The position numbers and the translations under genes are program-made. The notes beneath the pieces were generated by a model. It was given only the letters and a program-made list of their open reading frames with translations. It was not told the origin of the DNA and did no database searches. A stretch of DNA of 64,000 nt from Octopus vulgaris (taxonomy: Eukaryota): positions 78,058,001 to 78,122,000 of the forward strand of contig OX597819.1 in the NCBI GenBank assembly GCA_951406725.2. The letters run 5' to 3'. This document shows, in pieces, positions 1-16,332 of this stretch; the first letter of the stretch is position 1, and every line of letters begins with the position of its first letter.

Positions 1-2
1 GT

Positions 3-98
<96 letters not shown>

Positions 99-102
99 GC
101 GT
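1..102. repeat. (GT)n microsatellite
   Basis: Near-pure GT dinucleotide run. Confidence 0.97.
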
Positions 103-412
103 GAGGCGCAATGGCCCAGTGGTTAGGGCAGCGGACTCGCGGTTGTAGGATCGCGGTTTCGATTCCCAGACCGGGCGTTGTGAGTGTTTATTGAGCGAAA
201 ACACCTAAAGCTCCACGAGGCTCCGGCAGGGGGTGGTGGTGATCCCTGCTGTACTCTTTCGCCACAACTTTCTCTCACTCTTTCTTCTGTTGGCCTTCTC
301 GCTTAGCCAGCGGGGTGGCGTCATTTGGAGGCTAAAACAATGCGAAGCGCATTGTGACCAGCGATGTGTAGCAACATCTGACAGCCTGGTCGGTCACGGT
401 GATCACGGTGAT
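103..412 (+). mobile_element. tRNA-headed SINE, family C head with GCTCCACGAGGCTCCGGC body
   Basis: A-box TGGCCCAGTGG and B-box-like GTTTCGATTCC; head and body shared with 40400-40595(-) and 62958-63140(+); ends in (TCACGGTGA)2 then (TA)n. Confidence 0.85.
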
Positions 413-1364
413 ATATATATATATTAACTTTCATATACATAAATGCGTGTGTGTGTTAGTGGATGTAGGGGTTGTGTATACATTTATACGGTAATTATAC
501 AACTGAGCTATTGTAGCAACAATAATCGCAAAACCAAAGCTGAAAGTAAAGGCTACGAACATCGTAAATATTTTTTGAAAGCAAATACATAAATGCATAA
601 AAATTACTACCTAAACCATGCGTGTCTTAATACTCAAGCATACATTCTGAACAATGCACTACATTAAATTGCTTAACAGTTCGCACTTGAAAATAGTTCC
701 GAATGTTTTAACATTTGCTCAGCGTTAATGTGCGACATATTTTGTGTTTATACAACTGTATCTGATTGGCTTTTGTGTGTACACGTACATACGTAATACA
801 TACTTAAAAAGATAAATAAATAAATAAATAAATAAATAAATAGCACTCCATCGGTTACGACAATGAGCATTCCAGTTTTCCCTATAGAAAAAGAGATCAT
901 ATATTGTTTTCATTAGGATATGATTCAGCATCGATTTGGTTGCTATATCTTGCAGGTCGACTGACCTACTGTGGCTGCCACACTCCCCATATATCTGTAT
1001 ATCCGACAACTTTGGTGTGTCGCAAGTAAGTAGATATAAGTCGAGAAGGACGGAATTACAATGCGAATTAGAAAGAGGTTTGACGGAATAGATTTAGAAA
1101 GAGGAAGAAAGATCCGTTAAACCTGCGATCCATGAGCTGAGAAGTCAATAGGCCAAGAAGTCGATAGGCCGAGAACCCTGTAGCTACTATATTTATCCAT
1201 TACCCCCTTACCACGTAATGCTCAGAAGAACACAGCTATCATATCGCCATATCCATCACAATTGCATATTGTTATTAAATAGCAGCGTGGTTGCACTTTC
1301 TAATGTCCGCCATTTTGTTTTATTGAGAATCATGTTTCTTGTATTATAGTGGGGCTTGTTTATG

Positions 1365-1533
1365 GATGTATGTATGTGTGTATGTGTGTATGAGTGTGTG
1401 TGTGTGTGTGTATGTGTGTGTGTGTGAGTGTCTGTTTGTGTGATGGCGTGTGCATGAGTGTATATATTTTTCACTTGCAAATTGTTATTTCAAGTGTATA
1501 TTGTTTAATGTGGTTTGTATTAAACATTTTAGC

Positions 1534-1596
<63 letters not shown>

Positions 1597-1619
1597 CATA
1601 TATATATACATGTACATAG

Positions 1620-1665
<46 letters not shown>

Positions 1666-1695
1666 TTAGCTATTATATATATATATATACATAGC

Positions 1696-1762
<67 letters not shown>

Positions 1763-1901
1763 TATATACATGTACTATGGGTATATATGTGTATGTATGT
1801 ATATATATATATGTGTGTATACACACATACACGTGTGCACACACATGCTCACAAGCATATATATATATTTATATCTATATCTAAATATATATAAATATAC
1901 A

Positions 1902-1955
<54 letters not shown>

Positions 1956-2021
1956 CATATACATATATGTTCATACCCACATACGTACATACATACATAC
2001 ATACATACATACATACATACA

Positions 2022-2055
<34 letters not shown>

Positions 2056-2100
2056 CATACATATATACACACGTACATATATGCGAATATGTATGTGAGT
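1365..2100. repeat. Compound (TG)n/(TA)n/(AG)n/(ATAC)n microsatellite
   Basis: Direct inspection. Confidence 0.95.
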
Positions 2101-2314
2101 GACCGGGATGGGGTTGCGTAATGGTTATCGAAGTTCGATTGCTGACCCGTGATTCTTATCCGTTAAAGACAGAATATAGACACAGAAGGACCAGAGTAGA
2201 TTTGAAGACCGTGTGTGAAGCAGGTTTATTGTGCAGTCATATTAACGAAAATAGAACTGTAAAAACCTATCAATAAAGCAATCGTTTAGTTATTTATTGA
2301 TGTTTGCAACTCTT

Positions 2315-2860
<546 letters not shown>

Positions 2861-3034
2861 CTCTTGCGTTTCTTCTCTGCCAATACCAAAGTTATCTGGC
2901 AGCATTGATGTCATCCAGGAATTACTAATAATATCCATCATAACTCATGCGAGGTGACATGACAAATGAAACGCCGAACAGAGCTAACACAATTTGACCG
3001 TTAATTTATGGAATTTTCTGTGAAATGATGATTA

Positions 3035-3505
3035 TACGATGGCGGCGATGACGACGACAACGACGAAGAAGAAGGAAAAGAAGAAATGGAAGTGGAGAAA
3101 GAAACTGGAGAAGAATAAGGGTAGAAGGAGAAGAACGTTGCTGTTGCTGATGCTGATGATGATAGTAATGATGATGATGATTATGATGATGATGATGATG
3201 ATTACAATAGGGATGTTTATGAAGATGATTAGACTAATAATGGTGGTAGTGATGATGATGATGATGATGATGAATGAATGAAGAGATGGAAGTTGGTGTG
3301 GTGGTGGTTGTGGTGGTGGTGGTGGTGGTGGTGGTAGTGGCGGCGATGGTGGCGGCGTTAGCTGCGCTGGCGTTGGCGGCAGTGGAGGCGGTTTTGCCAA
3401 TTATGACAGATAGATTATATGAGAAGAATGGATGGGTATGTGCGTGTGTGTGTGTGTGTGTAAAAATATGTACTTGAATATATATATGTTTGTGTGTGTG
3501 TGTGT

Positions 3506-3554
<49 letters not shown>

Positions 3555-3787
3555 TGTATATAGATGTATGTGTATGTATTATATATCTGAGAGCGAGAAA
3601 GTAAAGACAGACAGGGAGACAAACAGACACACAGACAGTTTTATATATATATACATACATACAAAGATACATATATACACACACATATACATATATATAT
3701 ATAGAAAGAGAGGAAGAGAAACAGATAGGAGAGATGAATTTGAAATATAATGTTGATGAATTATCATTATTAATATCATGGTCATGC

Positions 3788-3857
<70 letters not shown>

Positions 3858-4108
3858 AGCAGCAGCAGCAGTAGCAGAGTAGCAGCAGCGGTGACAGTGG
3901 AACTATCGATGATAGTGGCGGTGGAGGTGACTGTCGGTGGTAGTAACGGCGGCACTTGTCGGTGGATCGCTTCGATGTGGCAGTGTTGTTGTTGTTGTTG
4001 ATGTTGTTGTTTTGTTGTTGTTGTTTTTGTTTTTGTTGCCGTTGTTGTTACTGCTACTGATTGTGATGATGACGACGACAACGACAATGATGCTGCTGCT
4101 GCTACTGC

Positions 4109-4140
<32 letters not shown>

Positions 4141-4156
4141 ATGGTGGTGGTGGTGG

Positions 4157-4203
<47 letters not shown>

Positions 4204-4209
4204 TGGTGG

Positions 4210-4248
<39 letters not shown>

Positions 4249-4455
4249 CGATGACGACCACAACTGCGACAATGATGAAGATGATGATGATGATGATGAT
4301 GACGATGACCACAACTGCGACAATGATGATGATGATGATGATTTGATAGTGATTATAGTGGTCGTGGTGCCGGTGGTGGCGTGGCGTTGAAGACCAGTAA
4401 CACCAACATCTGCAAGAACAATGACGACATCGACGTTGATGACGGTGATGACGAT
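3035..4455. repeat. Trinucleotide-dominated low-complexity field: (GAT)n, (GGT)n, (AGT)n, (GCT)n, (GTT)n with (TG)n
   Basis: Direct inspection; source of the poly-T/S/H/Q/M pseudo-ORFs. Confidence 0.9.
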
Positions 4456-4752
4456 ACAAAAAGCTAATATCTAACGATTTATCGAATCGGTAAGGAAGGA
4501 GAAACAAACGATTTCTCGCATTGCACACAGTACATATAGGTAATGTAGTGTTTGTTCAAACTGTTATTGTTTATTAACCCCAGGCCAGATGTTTCAGCTG
4601 TGGGCGGGTCAAGTGACTACGGAGAGGCTCGTTTGGTATCTAGTATGGTGTTGTTTAATCCAAGAGCAGACCTATTTTGTTTACTCACTCAAAATGTGTG
4701 TGTGTATGTGTGTGTGTGTTTGTGCGTATACTGAGACGTGTATACATATACA

Positions 4753-4800
<48 letters not shown>

Positions 4801-5079
4801 TATGTGTATATATATATGCATATATATGTGTGTGTGTGTGTGTGTGTACATGAATGTATGTATTTTTCGGTCTCACGTGAGGAAAGGAAAGATGGACGAA
4901 GGACACGTGTGATCAATGAGAGTAAAAGAGAGAGAGAGAGAGAGAGAAAGATGAAAAGGAGAGAGAGAAAACAGTAAAGGATATAGTCGCATCAAATATA
5001 TTAAGATAACTTACATGGAAATGGATGCGTGGCGTTCAGTCAAATAATGATATAAACTAAACTATATATATATACATAC

Positions 5080-5190
<111 letters not shown>

Positions 5191-5481
5191 GGCATGCATA
5201 TCTGAGTACAGAACGTCATAAAACGTAAACAACATGAAATACGAAAATAAAGTTGCATACGCAAAGAAAGACAGAAACAAATGTATAAGACTTTGAAAGC
5301 AGTTGTTGCCAGGAACCAAAATAAATTTGGGATTTGCGGCGGGTCAAAGTTGGTAACAAAAACAGGACATGCAACAAACCAAACCAAACGTAGACAAACA
5401 GGGAGGGCCGTTAGGTCAAGAGAGGTAAATTAGCGAATGCTGGAAGAAAATTCTTTGATAAGAAAAAAGATAGAAGAGGAG

Positions 5482-5755
5482 ACATGTTTCCAAAGGTGAC
5501 TTATTCAAATGCCGAAGAATTCTTCCCAACACATGGCTATGATGCGCTCCCACTACTTCTGCTCGTGATCAGAGATGCACATATCGTCAGCCACTAAGGG
5601 TCATGCTCGAATGGTTAAGGTCAAACAACTTACAAACAAATGTGTGGTACTGAGCAGAATATTTGCAGTAGCTCATCTTTTACACTAAGACAAACCATGT
5701 ACATGATAACACTTCCAATCAGTTAAGATCAGAAGCCATGAGAGCCAATGCCTGG
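5482..5755 (-). mobile_element. Unclassified interspersed repeat (family D), partial
   Basis: Aligns with 16911-17282(-) and 32378-32840(+), e.g. GCTCGTGATCAGAGATGCACATATCGTCAGCCACTAAG. Confidence 0.8.
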
Positions 5756-6150
5756 ATTGTTATTGTTGTTGTATATCAACCTTTGAAAAAGAAGTTTCAG
5801 CTCTGACAGTTCCATCTATTTCTTGCAGGTTGTGTGAGTACGGAAAGGCTCCTTTGGTGTTGTAATTATTGCCCTAATCAAGCAAACCTGTTATCAAAAA
5901 CAATCTGGACATGACTATTCCGCCTTTTTTATTTCTTGAATTTAACAACTATATCTTCTCTACTTATGACTATATTTCTTTTTCTAAGGCGGTGAGATAT
6001 AATTTGGGTAAAATGTGTTTGCTGTTTCTAGGAAGTCAAATAACCTCACAGCGTCGTACGTAAGTGCAGGGGCAAGATATTTATGTCTGCTCATTAGCAC
6101 ATGGTTCTGAATTCAAATAATGCAGTGATTTGTTAATAATAATAATAATG

Positions 6151-6188
<38 letters not shown>

Positions 6189-6295
6189 AATAATAACAAC
6201 AACAACAACAACAACAACAATAACAACAACAACAACAACAACAACAACATCGAAAAATACCTTAGGAATGAGAACCCAGATTCGAAATTTCCCCA

Positions 6296-6342
6296 AGACA
6301 CCTGATGAAGGCTGGAGGGTATATCAGCTGAAACGTTGTGAT
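6296..6342 (+). ncRNA. Minimal type-I hammerhead ribozyme motif in a short PLE-like terminal fragment (about 6250-6430)
   Basis: CAC-[CTGATGA]-A-GGCTG/CAGCT stem II-[GAAA]-CG-[TT]-GTG: canonical core, loop-less ACGT stem III, short stem I (CAC/GTG). Confidence 0.65.
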
Positions 6343-6439
6343 AACAACAAACAAGATGAGGACAAATATCCGTCAAATGTAAATAATGTAAATAATGTAC
6401 ATAATTCCTCATCTCTTAAATATAGAACTGAGATTTTCT

Positions 6440-8250
6440 TATCTTGCAATTCATATATGCATTAACCCCCGATTCCTTCTTATTCTTGAATGTTTTGGCT
6501 GCTCTCTTTTCAATTATTTCATAAGTATATGAATGAAGATCTCCGCAATTTGCTACCTGCATTATTTCTTCTTCTGATGTGAATTTCGCTTTGTTAAAAG
6601 TCTCTTTCAGATTTGGTGGTTGTGTTCGGCTGTTAATAATTCGGAATGTTTAATTGCTTTTATGAAATTTGATGATTGATGTAGAATTGAAAGGTATCGT
6701 TTGGCCGAATGTATGGTGTTATGGTTTCTAAGATGACGGGTGACTACACTTTGAATATTTTTGTATTTCTGTTTTTGTCTTTGCCTTCATTGTGATGGTT
6801 TCTCCGTAAGACAGAGATTATGATCTCTTTTGCCTTCATAATAACATAATTTACTAAGATTTGGCGTGTATTTTTGTTTTTGAAGAAATATATTTTTTCC
6901 TACCAGTCGTTTCACTCTAATTATGTCCGTAGTTATTGAACATATACGCTTTGTCATATTTAATAGGATGTTCCTGGTAATGTGGAATGAGTGGCAAGAT
7001 CTAAAATCTAAATATTGGGGTGTATGTGCGTGCCCTTACAGTAGACGACCGTTGTAACCATCCCATTTTCTTTAATTAACATAATGTTCAAAAAAGGAAG
7101 TTTCTTTTTATTCATATCCATGGGGAACTGAATCGATTCATGAATGCTATTTACTAATTTAAGAAATCTTGTAGATTGTTCTTCACCTTCGTTCCAAAAT
7201 ATGAAGTCATCCAAGAATATTTTCCAGTTTCCTTTTAAATAAAACTGGAAATGCTGAACAAAAGTAATTACGGAAAGGACAGATTTTTTCTCCACTGAAT
7301 CTCGTTACAGGTGTTGTAATCGTTGGAGCAACTTCAGTTACCATTCTTGTACCTTGTATTTGTAAGAATTATTGGCTATCAACGAAGTACTTATTTTCTA
7401 GCACTAATCCTAATCTTTCAAGTATAATTTCTTTTGGAAATCTCTTCTGAATTCTGTGTGAGCATTTGTCTATCTAGAATTTGGCTGCTTCTAATCTTGT
7501 CCGTGGGTGATATTTACGTAGAGGTGATATTTATTTCACGTCGAAACTAACCCGGCTCGTATCTTTATGGGATGTAATTTAGGAAGTCCAAGACAACTGG
7601 GTTGAAACTTGAAGCCAATTTGCGTAATAGTTTTTAAATTATGTCAAATAAATTGCTTGATGTTGGTCCTGCAAAGATTGTAGGAAATTTTAAATCAAGC
7701 GTTTCGGGGATCTTTACATATAGAGTCTGGAAGATTTTTAAAACTGTTACATATTTCTATAGATTTATGAATTTACGATGGCCCATAAAAGTTACTTGTT
7801 TTTCCCTAAAAAAATTGTGAGGTAATCCACCACCTTTTCCATTAAACTGCTTTTTAATTTATTCGTTAAATTATCAATTTTTTTCATTACTTATTTATCT
7901 GCATCGGTTTCTAAATTATCGGAGAAACGTTGGTCATTTAACAGTTCTAAGATCGTTTCCCTGTATTAGCGCTTCTTCATTATTACAATGGCTCATCCTT
8001 TGTCAGCTTCTTAAATGACTATATATTTATAGTGGCACCAAGGAGTAAATTTGCTTTTTTCAACAAATATAGAAACTTTTGTACAATTATCGTATTATAC
8101 AAGTCACAAAAGGTCAGACAATAACTATTTTCAAGAGAGCATAAAAAGCCGCATGCTCTTAGCAGTAAGAGGAGTAAAGAAGTTTGTAATCTTGGTACTT
8201 CTCCTAAAATCATTAACGATATCAGCAAAATGTATCTACCATGTATCAAA
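6440..8250 (-). pseudogene. Decayed Penelope-like element reverse transcriptase
   Basis: Minus-strand fragments in PLE order: EADKG*AIVIM (~7990), FYGPS*IHK (~7780), QIQGTRMVTEVAP (~7340), FLDDFIFW...IHESIQF...LPFLNI (ORF 7008-7295); many stops and frameshifts. Confidence 0.75.
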
Positions 8251-8334
8251 ACCGTGAAGTCGACTACAGGCGAACGCTATTAAATCATACCATGCGGCAA
8301 ATGAATTTATTTATTCTGTATAGGAAAATTGTTG

Positions 8335-8515
8335 TAACTGTGTGGTAAGAATGGGCGAAGATGCGAGTGTGTGGTAAGAAGTTTGTTCACAACCTTGTGA
8401 TTTAGGGTTCAATCTAACTGCGTGGTACCTTGGGCATGTGTCTTCTACTTAAGTCCCAGGCCGACTAAAGCCCTGTAAGTGGATTTGGTGGACGGAAACT
8501 GAAAGAATCCCGTCG

Positions 8516-8554
<39 letters not shown>

Positions 8555-8752
8555 ATGTGTGTGTGTGTATTTGTGTGTGCGTGTGTGTATTTGTGTGTGT
8601 GTGTGTGTGTATGTATGTGTGAGTCTTTGTGTTTGTAAAAAGTTATTACTGCGGTCAATTTGTTTGACTAAAACCCTTCAAAAATGGTGGTTCAACATGG
8701 CTGCAGTCCAATGACTGAAACAAGTAAACGCTAAAAGGTAAAATATAAAAGA
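8335..8752 (+). mobile_element. SINE family B (internal microsatellite), degraded
   Basis: GTGTGGTAAG head, CCTTGGGCA..TCTTCTACT block, internal (TA)/(TG)n, tail CATGGCTGCAGTCCAATGACTGAAACAAGTAAA. Confidence 0.8.
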
Positions 8753-9865
8753 TACTTGATTCATGGTCAAGCTTAAAAGCACCAGCTGGTCCTTGTCTGG
8801 TTTTAGCAGAGTCCGCTCAATTGCAAGTATTCGAATCAGGACTCAGTGCCAAAATATCTAATGAATTATATTTTATCCTCCATACGCCCCCAGTCAGTCT
8901 CAAAAGTTTATAAAAGATCATGAACGCTACTATCCACCTCTAAACGAACCAGAAAACATCATTAAATAAACTCAGTTTTTCAGTTAGATACCAGATTTGT
9001 TGTACGGTGCACTAAACAATTATTGTTGAGTACTTATTGTTCAACTTACAACGCCAAATAGGAAAAAGAAATCAGATGTCGTCCGAGCCGGCAGTATAGA
9101 ATCTTGAAGGACAGATTAGGATCTTGACCACATCACAAATGAAAGACTCTAATAAAGATAACCACTACACACATCAAGCAAACAACCATGAACATCACAC
9201 AACATAAAGCATCAAGTCAGCACATATGCTCAGTTATCTCTTACTGCAATCCGCAAATATAACATTGCATATCAAAAACTAGCATTCCTTTTAGCAAAGC
9301 AAAATTGAACGACTGTTAATCTCCTCAATCTTGTGGGGAAGGATAGCAAAAGTCATGGGAACTTCTCTTCCTTTGACTAAGTTATAACGAATATAATCGA
9401 TTCGCTATTATCTCTAGCGGTCGAGCGTCCATCACCGACATGGTCAAGGAAGATCAAAATCACGTGATCTAGTGGATTCGGCGCTGGAGTTGGTGGGGAT
9501 TTATCTCTCCGCTGGCGATATAAACAAGCAAGCGTGCATTCTGCACCAAAGTCCATATGAAAGTTTCTTTCATGGTATCTACGGCAGTAAAGTTTGACCT
9601 AACAGAACATCCAGGATTAAGTGGAAATGAATATTACCTTTCAGTATTAATATTGCCTCTGTCTCTAATACATAATAACAAAAGTAGAGCAGAATCGTCA
9701 TACTTCATTGATCAAATAATTCTCATTGACCATCATTGAATTTTTGTCTCTTTGCTCTTTCTTTTGTTCCACCACTCATATTTTTTATCCCATATGTAAT
9801 CTACAGCGGTGCATAATGATTTCTTTTCATGCACAGGAAATTTGCATTATGATGTATTACAAAAG

Positions 9866-10535
9866 TCGGTGAGCTGACAGAATCCTTAGCACTCCGGGCG
9901 AAATGTGTAACCGTATTTTGTCTGCCGTTACGTTCTGAGTTCAAATTCCGCCAAGGTCGACTTTGCCTTTCATCCTTTCATCCTTTCATCCTTACGCACT
10001 GGGGTCGATATAATCGACTTAATCCGTTTGTCTGTCCTCGTTTGTCCCCTCTGTGTTTAGCTCCTTGTGGGTAGTAAAGAAATAGGCATTTCGTCTGCCG
10101 CTACCTTCTGAGCTCAAATTCCGCCGAAATCGACTTTGCCTTTCATCCTTTCGGGAGTCGATTAAATAAGTACCAGTTACGCACTGGGGTCGATATAATC
10201 GACTTAATCCGTTTGTCTGTCCTTGTTTGTCTCCTCTGTGTTTAGCCCCTTGTGTTTCATCCTTTAGGGGTCGGTAAAATAAGTACCAGTTGAGTACTGG
10301 GAATCTATGTAATCGACCTACCCCTTGCTCGGAATTGCTGGCCTTGTGTCAAAATATGAAAGCAATACGATATATTACATATAATTTATTGAATACAGAG
10401 GCAGCACATGCGCGCGTACACATATCAACTATTACCATTTCTTTACGTTCTGAGTTCAAATCCCACCGAGGTCAATTTTGCCTTTCACCCTTTCGAAGTC
10501 GATGAAATAAAGTTCCTAGTCTAGCGCTGGGGATA
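9866..10535 (+). mobile_element. SINE family A (MetaSINE-like central domain) with internal tandem re-duplications
   Basis: Head GGTGAGCTGACAGAATCCTTAGC; repeated GGTCGACTTTGCCTTTCATCCTTTC..GGTCGAT..AAGTACCAG block; about 180-190 bp unit repeated. Confidence 0.8.
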
Positions 10536-11276
10536 GATGGTATCGGGGGAAAAAAACAGTGACAAATGTGCAAAGCTGAAGGCTAGAAGGTTTGTCGTGA
10601 CATCGAAGTACCTACTGACAATCAATCCGCTGCCTTCACTACTAAAACAACAAGACCTAAGTCCCACAACCGCAAAAATAAATTCAACAATAGGAAAGTC
10701 ACAAACAACAACTACAACAAAACAACTTTATAAACAAGAACAAACAACAGTCAAAACTGCAATCACATGGGTAAAACGTAACAACCGGAAAACGCACGAA
10801 CAATAACGATCACAGCAAAAACTTAAGAACAAGTCCATATAATACAAGCAATGTTAGCAAAAAGGATAACAAATAATCAAATTACTTTTCAACTTCCCAG
10901 TGAGCGAGAAGCAACCGGGAATTGCTGAAAAACACAAGATCAAAGAACAAAAAAACTGTTTATCCGCGAAGAAAACTTGATTATCCGTTCTTCAAAACTA
11001 AGACAAGGGACGGACATCTTTCGCTTTTTTCCCCCTTCAACTTGGTCGTATTAAGATTTGGTTATATAAATGCACTTGATCTGAGATCACTTTAGCGAGA
11101 AAAAAAAAGTGCGGGGGATACTTAATGACATCAGATCACTGAATTTGGATGTGGTGGCTATCAGCTTGATTACGACCTCCTGCACTCAGCAATAGCGAGC
11201 GATTATTTTTAATGGTTACAAAGTGTTCATATATTTGGGTCTCTGTTTCTCGACTTATCCTTACTCACTCAACCTC

Positions 11277-11336
<60 letters not shown>

Positions 11337-11759
11337 TCTCTCGTTCCCTCTCTCACACTAACCCTCTTTTTCTCTCCTCTTCTCTTTCCCCCTCTCTCTC
11401 CACCCCTCTTCCCTCTCTTTCCCCCTCTCTCCCTTCCCCTCTCTCTGTCTGTTCATGCTATTCAAAAGTTCAACCTGGTCCTATTTATCACGCCCACTGA
11501 GCCACATAAGTCCGTTAACGATACACACATCTGTGGTGTACTCAGCCACATATACTGTACATTAATTTTACTAGCAGGAATTTAACTGGCCAGACAACTG
11601 AATGCTCCTCGTCAAGACCGACGGAGAATCCACCATGCATAACATTATGTAACGAATGAGCTACTTTGGGATTCCATTTCTAGTTATAAGTTTGTTTTTC
11701 CATTACCTGTGTTAGTAATATATGCCAATGTCCATTTTATCGACACTTCCTGACAATAT

Positions 11760-12280
11760 CCAACTCCCTCTTCTCTCCTTCTCTCTTTTGTATTCTTCTC
11801 TCCTTTTTATCTTCTCTTTGTCTCCCTCTCTTCTTCACATCCCTCCTTTCTCCCTCTTATCTCTCCTCTCTCTGTGATTCCTTATGTTTCCTCTCTCCTT
11901 CACATCTTTCGTCTCTCCTTCTTATCTCTTCTCTGTCCTTCATATTTTTGTGACTTCTTATGTCTCCTCTCTCCTTCGTATCTCTGTCTCTTCTTCATAT
12001 ATTTCCTTATTTCTCCTCTCTCTTTCATATCTCCTGTTTCTCCTTATCTCTCCTCTCTCCTTCATATCTCTCCTTTCCCTTTATCTCTTCTCTCTCCTTA
12101 TCTCTCCTCTCTCCTTCATATCTCTCCTTTCCCTTGATCTCTCCTCTCTCCTTATCTCTCCTCTCTCCTTATCTCTCCTCTCTCCTTATCTCTCCTCTCT
12201 CCTTATCTCTCCTCTCTCCTTATCTCTCTTCTCTCCTTATCTCTCCTCTTTCTCCCTCTCTCCCTCTCTCTTCCTTTCTT
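11760..12280. repeat. Polypyrimidine minisatellite, 17-bp unit CTCCTCTCTCCTTATCT
   Basis: Degenerate at left, near-perfect copies at about 12140-12250. Confidence 0.85.
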
Positions 12281-12339
12281 GTCTCACCTGTCCAGCTTCT
12301 AACTAAGTAGAGCGCGACACATTTATCACTTAGCCCTAT

Positions 12340-12371
<32 letters not shown>

Positions 12372-12699
12372 TAGCTATAATGATGGTACACGAAGTCCTG
12401 ACTGTTCAGTCATTTTCACTATAATCAGTCATTGAGACATTTTCTCTTTTATATACTGCTCAAAGAAAACAGATCACCTCAGCCATCTTGGCGTGGATAT
12501 TTTTCTATTGTTTATTTGTCATTTTGTCTTTATCGTAATTCTCAGAACAGATGAAGTCCAACGAACGTCCATCTTCATCGTCACCAATGTTTTCCTGACA
12601 GATTGACCGATTGGTTGAAAGGGTGGATGGACAACTGGACAGTGTACAGATGGATGACTGCTTTCTGTTCCACTTTATCATCCCACCACTCTGTCACGA

Positions 12700-14010
<1,311 letters not shown>

Positions 14011-14143
14011 TATATTTATCATTCTTCCTTTCTTTCTTTCTAGCTATTTATCTTCCATACCCTTTCTTACTAATGTTTTTCGTCACCAAACACGTTGATT
14101 CCCTCATTTTACTTCCAAACTTATCAACACCATCACGAAGTTG

Positions 14144-14180
<37 letters not shown>

Positions 14181-14247
14181 ATTTACTCCTTCATATACAT
14201 AACTATCTCTATCACTCTCTCTCTCTCTCTCTCTCTTGTGCTCGCAG

Positions 14248-14460
14248 GCGTGAGGATGGAGGCAGTGGTCGCAGAAGCAACCATGCCGGGTGGCGTAACA
14301 CCAAGACGAGGCTAAGTTGAGTGGAAAGCCCCATGTGACCAGACCATCTCTGAGCTCTCAAATAAGAGCCATCAATCAGATGGGAGACAGAGGAATGGTG
14401 GGAGCGGCTACTGATGGGATTACGGCGTGACTTGCGCCAGTATCCCACGAAGCCATCAAA
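14248..14460 (+). other. GC-rich unique island after a (CT)n tract and GCAG acceptor-like site; possible host exon
   Basis: (CT)n-TTGTGCTCGCAG| at 14247; all frames stop within about 75 nt; no convincing donor; no recognisable protein. Confidence 0.25.
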
Positions 14461-15003
14461 TGTGAAATGATATTTTTATATTTCTTTTTTCTTCCTTTAT
14501 TTTTTGCTTGTTTTTTTTATGTTGTATCTTTGGTTTTTTCTGGGGTTTTTTAGCCTTGCTTTGCTGTAATTTATGACCAAATAGCATTGATGGAAACTTG
14601 ACTGAAGGAGTACAGTGATGTGACTGATAGATAAATAGAAAGAAAGATAGAGTGTGATATATATATACACACACATATGCATATATATACATATATATAT
14701 ATATGCATATATATGCATATATATAAATGGAGAGAGAGGGGGAGAGAGAAAACGACAGACGCACAGAGAGACAAACAAACGTAGAGGCAAACAGACAGAC
14801 GCACAGACGGATGGACGGATACATGGATGGATAGATGGATGGATGGATGGATGGTTTTGAGAGACAAGTTCATTTGCAAATAGAGGGTGGGTAGATAGAT
14901 ATATAGAGATAAAACCAGAGAAATTAGGACACTTGTACACATATACATACATATGTTTTTACATCCACACACACACACAGACATTTATGTATATATATAT
15001 ATA

Positions 15004-15042
<39 letters not shown>

Positions 15043-16332
15043 TATATATACTATGAGTATGTGTAGAGAGAGAAAGTGAGATACAAAAAGAGAAAGAGAG
15101 GAAGAGATTCACAGAGTAAAGCTGAGACAGACAGGCAGGCAGACAGACAGACGGACGGAGAATGATACTGAACGATAGGGACTGAAATAAGCAGAGTGAA
15201 CAAAGGAGGAAAGAAGATAAGGTAGAAAGAAAGAGAAGCATGATGGGATAAAAAGAATGAAACTGACAGAGTTTGACAGAAAGTAAAAGAAAAAGAAATG
15301 TGGTAAAGAAAAAAAAGAGTGATAATTGAGAAGGGAGCAAAAACATTGAAGAAATGTATAAAGAAAGAGAAAAAGTATAAAATGACTAAGAAATTTCATT
15401 AGTGAAAAAGAAAGTAAAAGCGAGTGTGAAAGTGAAAGTGAAAGTAAAAGTAAATAAATTGAAATAGGATTGGATTATGTGAGAGAGAGAAACAGTAGAA
15501 AGAGAGAGAGGGGAAGAGAGAGAAGGCTGTTTTATATTGATCACTTACGCCCTCGTTACTAACTCCTGGCGGCTATTCCAGTTTATTGATGCACAACTGT
15601 TACTTCGATTTCGTGGTAACATAGTATTTTCTTTTAAACCTTCGTTTTTCTCCTTCCACTTTCCTTCTTTTTCTGCTTCCTCTTCCTTTTCGATTTCAGC
15701 CAAACTCTATTTTTCTTTTATTTTATTTTCTGTCACTCATCTCAAAACAAACCTTAAAATTTATCTTCCTTCTGTTTTTACATTCTCAAAAAGCTACTGA
15801 TCCCGTTCACTCATCTTCTTTCTTTCTTTCTTTCTTTCTACTTTCGTTTCTTTCTCTTCATATCTTCCTTTCTCCCTCTCCCCCTTTCTCCCCCCACTCT
15901 CTCTCCCTCTCTCTCGCTCTGCGTGATTGATTCTTTCTGCCTCTCTTTCTCTCTCTCACTTTCTATCTCTCCCTCAATAATCATTCATTTTTAATCGTCT
16001 TTTCTCACTTGTCATACCTTACATTTTCCTCCTACTTCTCCTTGTTTACAATGTATTATTCACTCCACTTCATCATCCAGACTTGGCAGGATTCTGAGAG
16101 CATCGGACAAAATAAATCGCAGCATTTACTAACTCTTCTTTATATTCTGAGTTCAAATACAACCGAGGCCAACTCTTCCTCTCAACCCTCCAGGGTCAAT
16201 AAAATAAATAACAGTCAAGTAATTGGGTCGACTACTCATGCCTAAAATTTTGGAACCTTCATCCTAAGTTGCATGTAGTTATTTTCATCATCATCATCAC
16301 CATCATCAACAATAGTACTAATAATAATAACA

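Noticed and set aside
103-175. tRNA-like sequences at SINE starts (also 26377, 43397, 62958)
   Set aside because: No closed cloverleaf, and they continue into multicopy SINE bodies.
5560-5595. CTGACGA in family D (also 56162 CTGACGA and 26858 CTGATGA)
   Set aside because: No properly placed stem II plus GAAA and UH; a 7-mer is expected by chance.
9866-10535. Regularly recurring ~30-bp blocks resembling a CRISPR array
   Set aside because: Internal duplications of a SINE; the spacers are also repeated, there are no cas genes, and the context is eukaryotic.
14406-14454. SECIS element or selenoprotein reading of nearby TGA codons
   Set aside because: No AUGA or apical AA motif and no selenoprotein-like peptide; retained only as a generic structured candidate.
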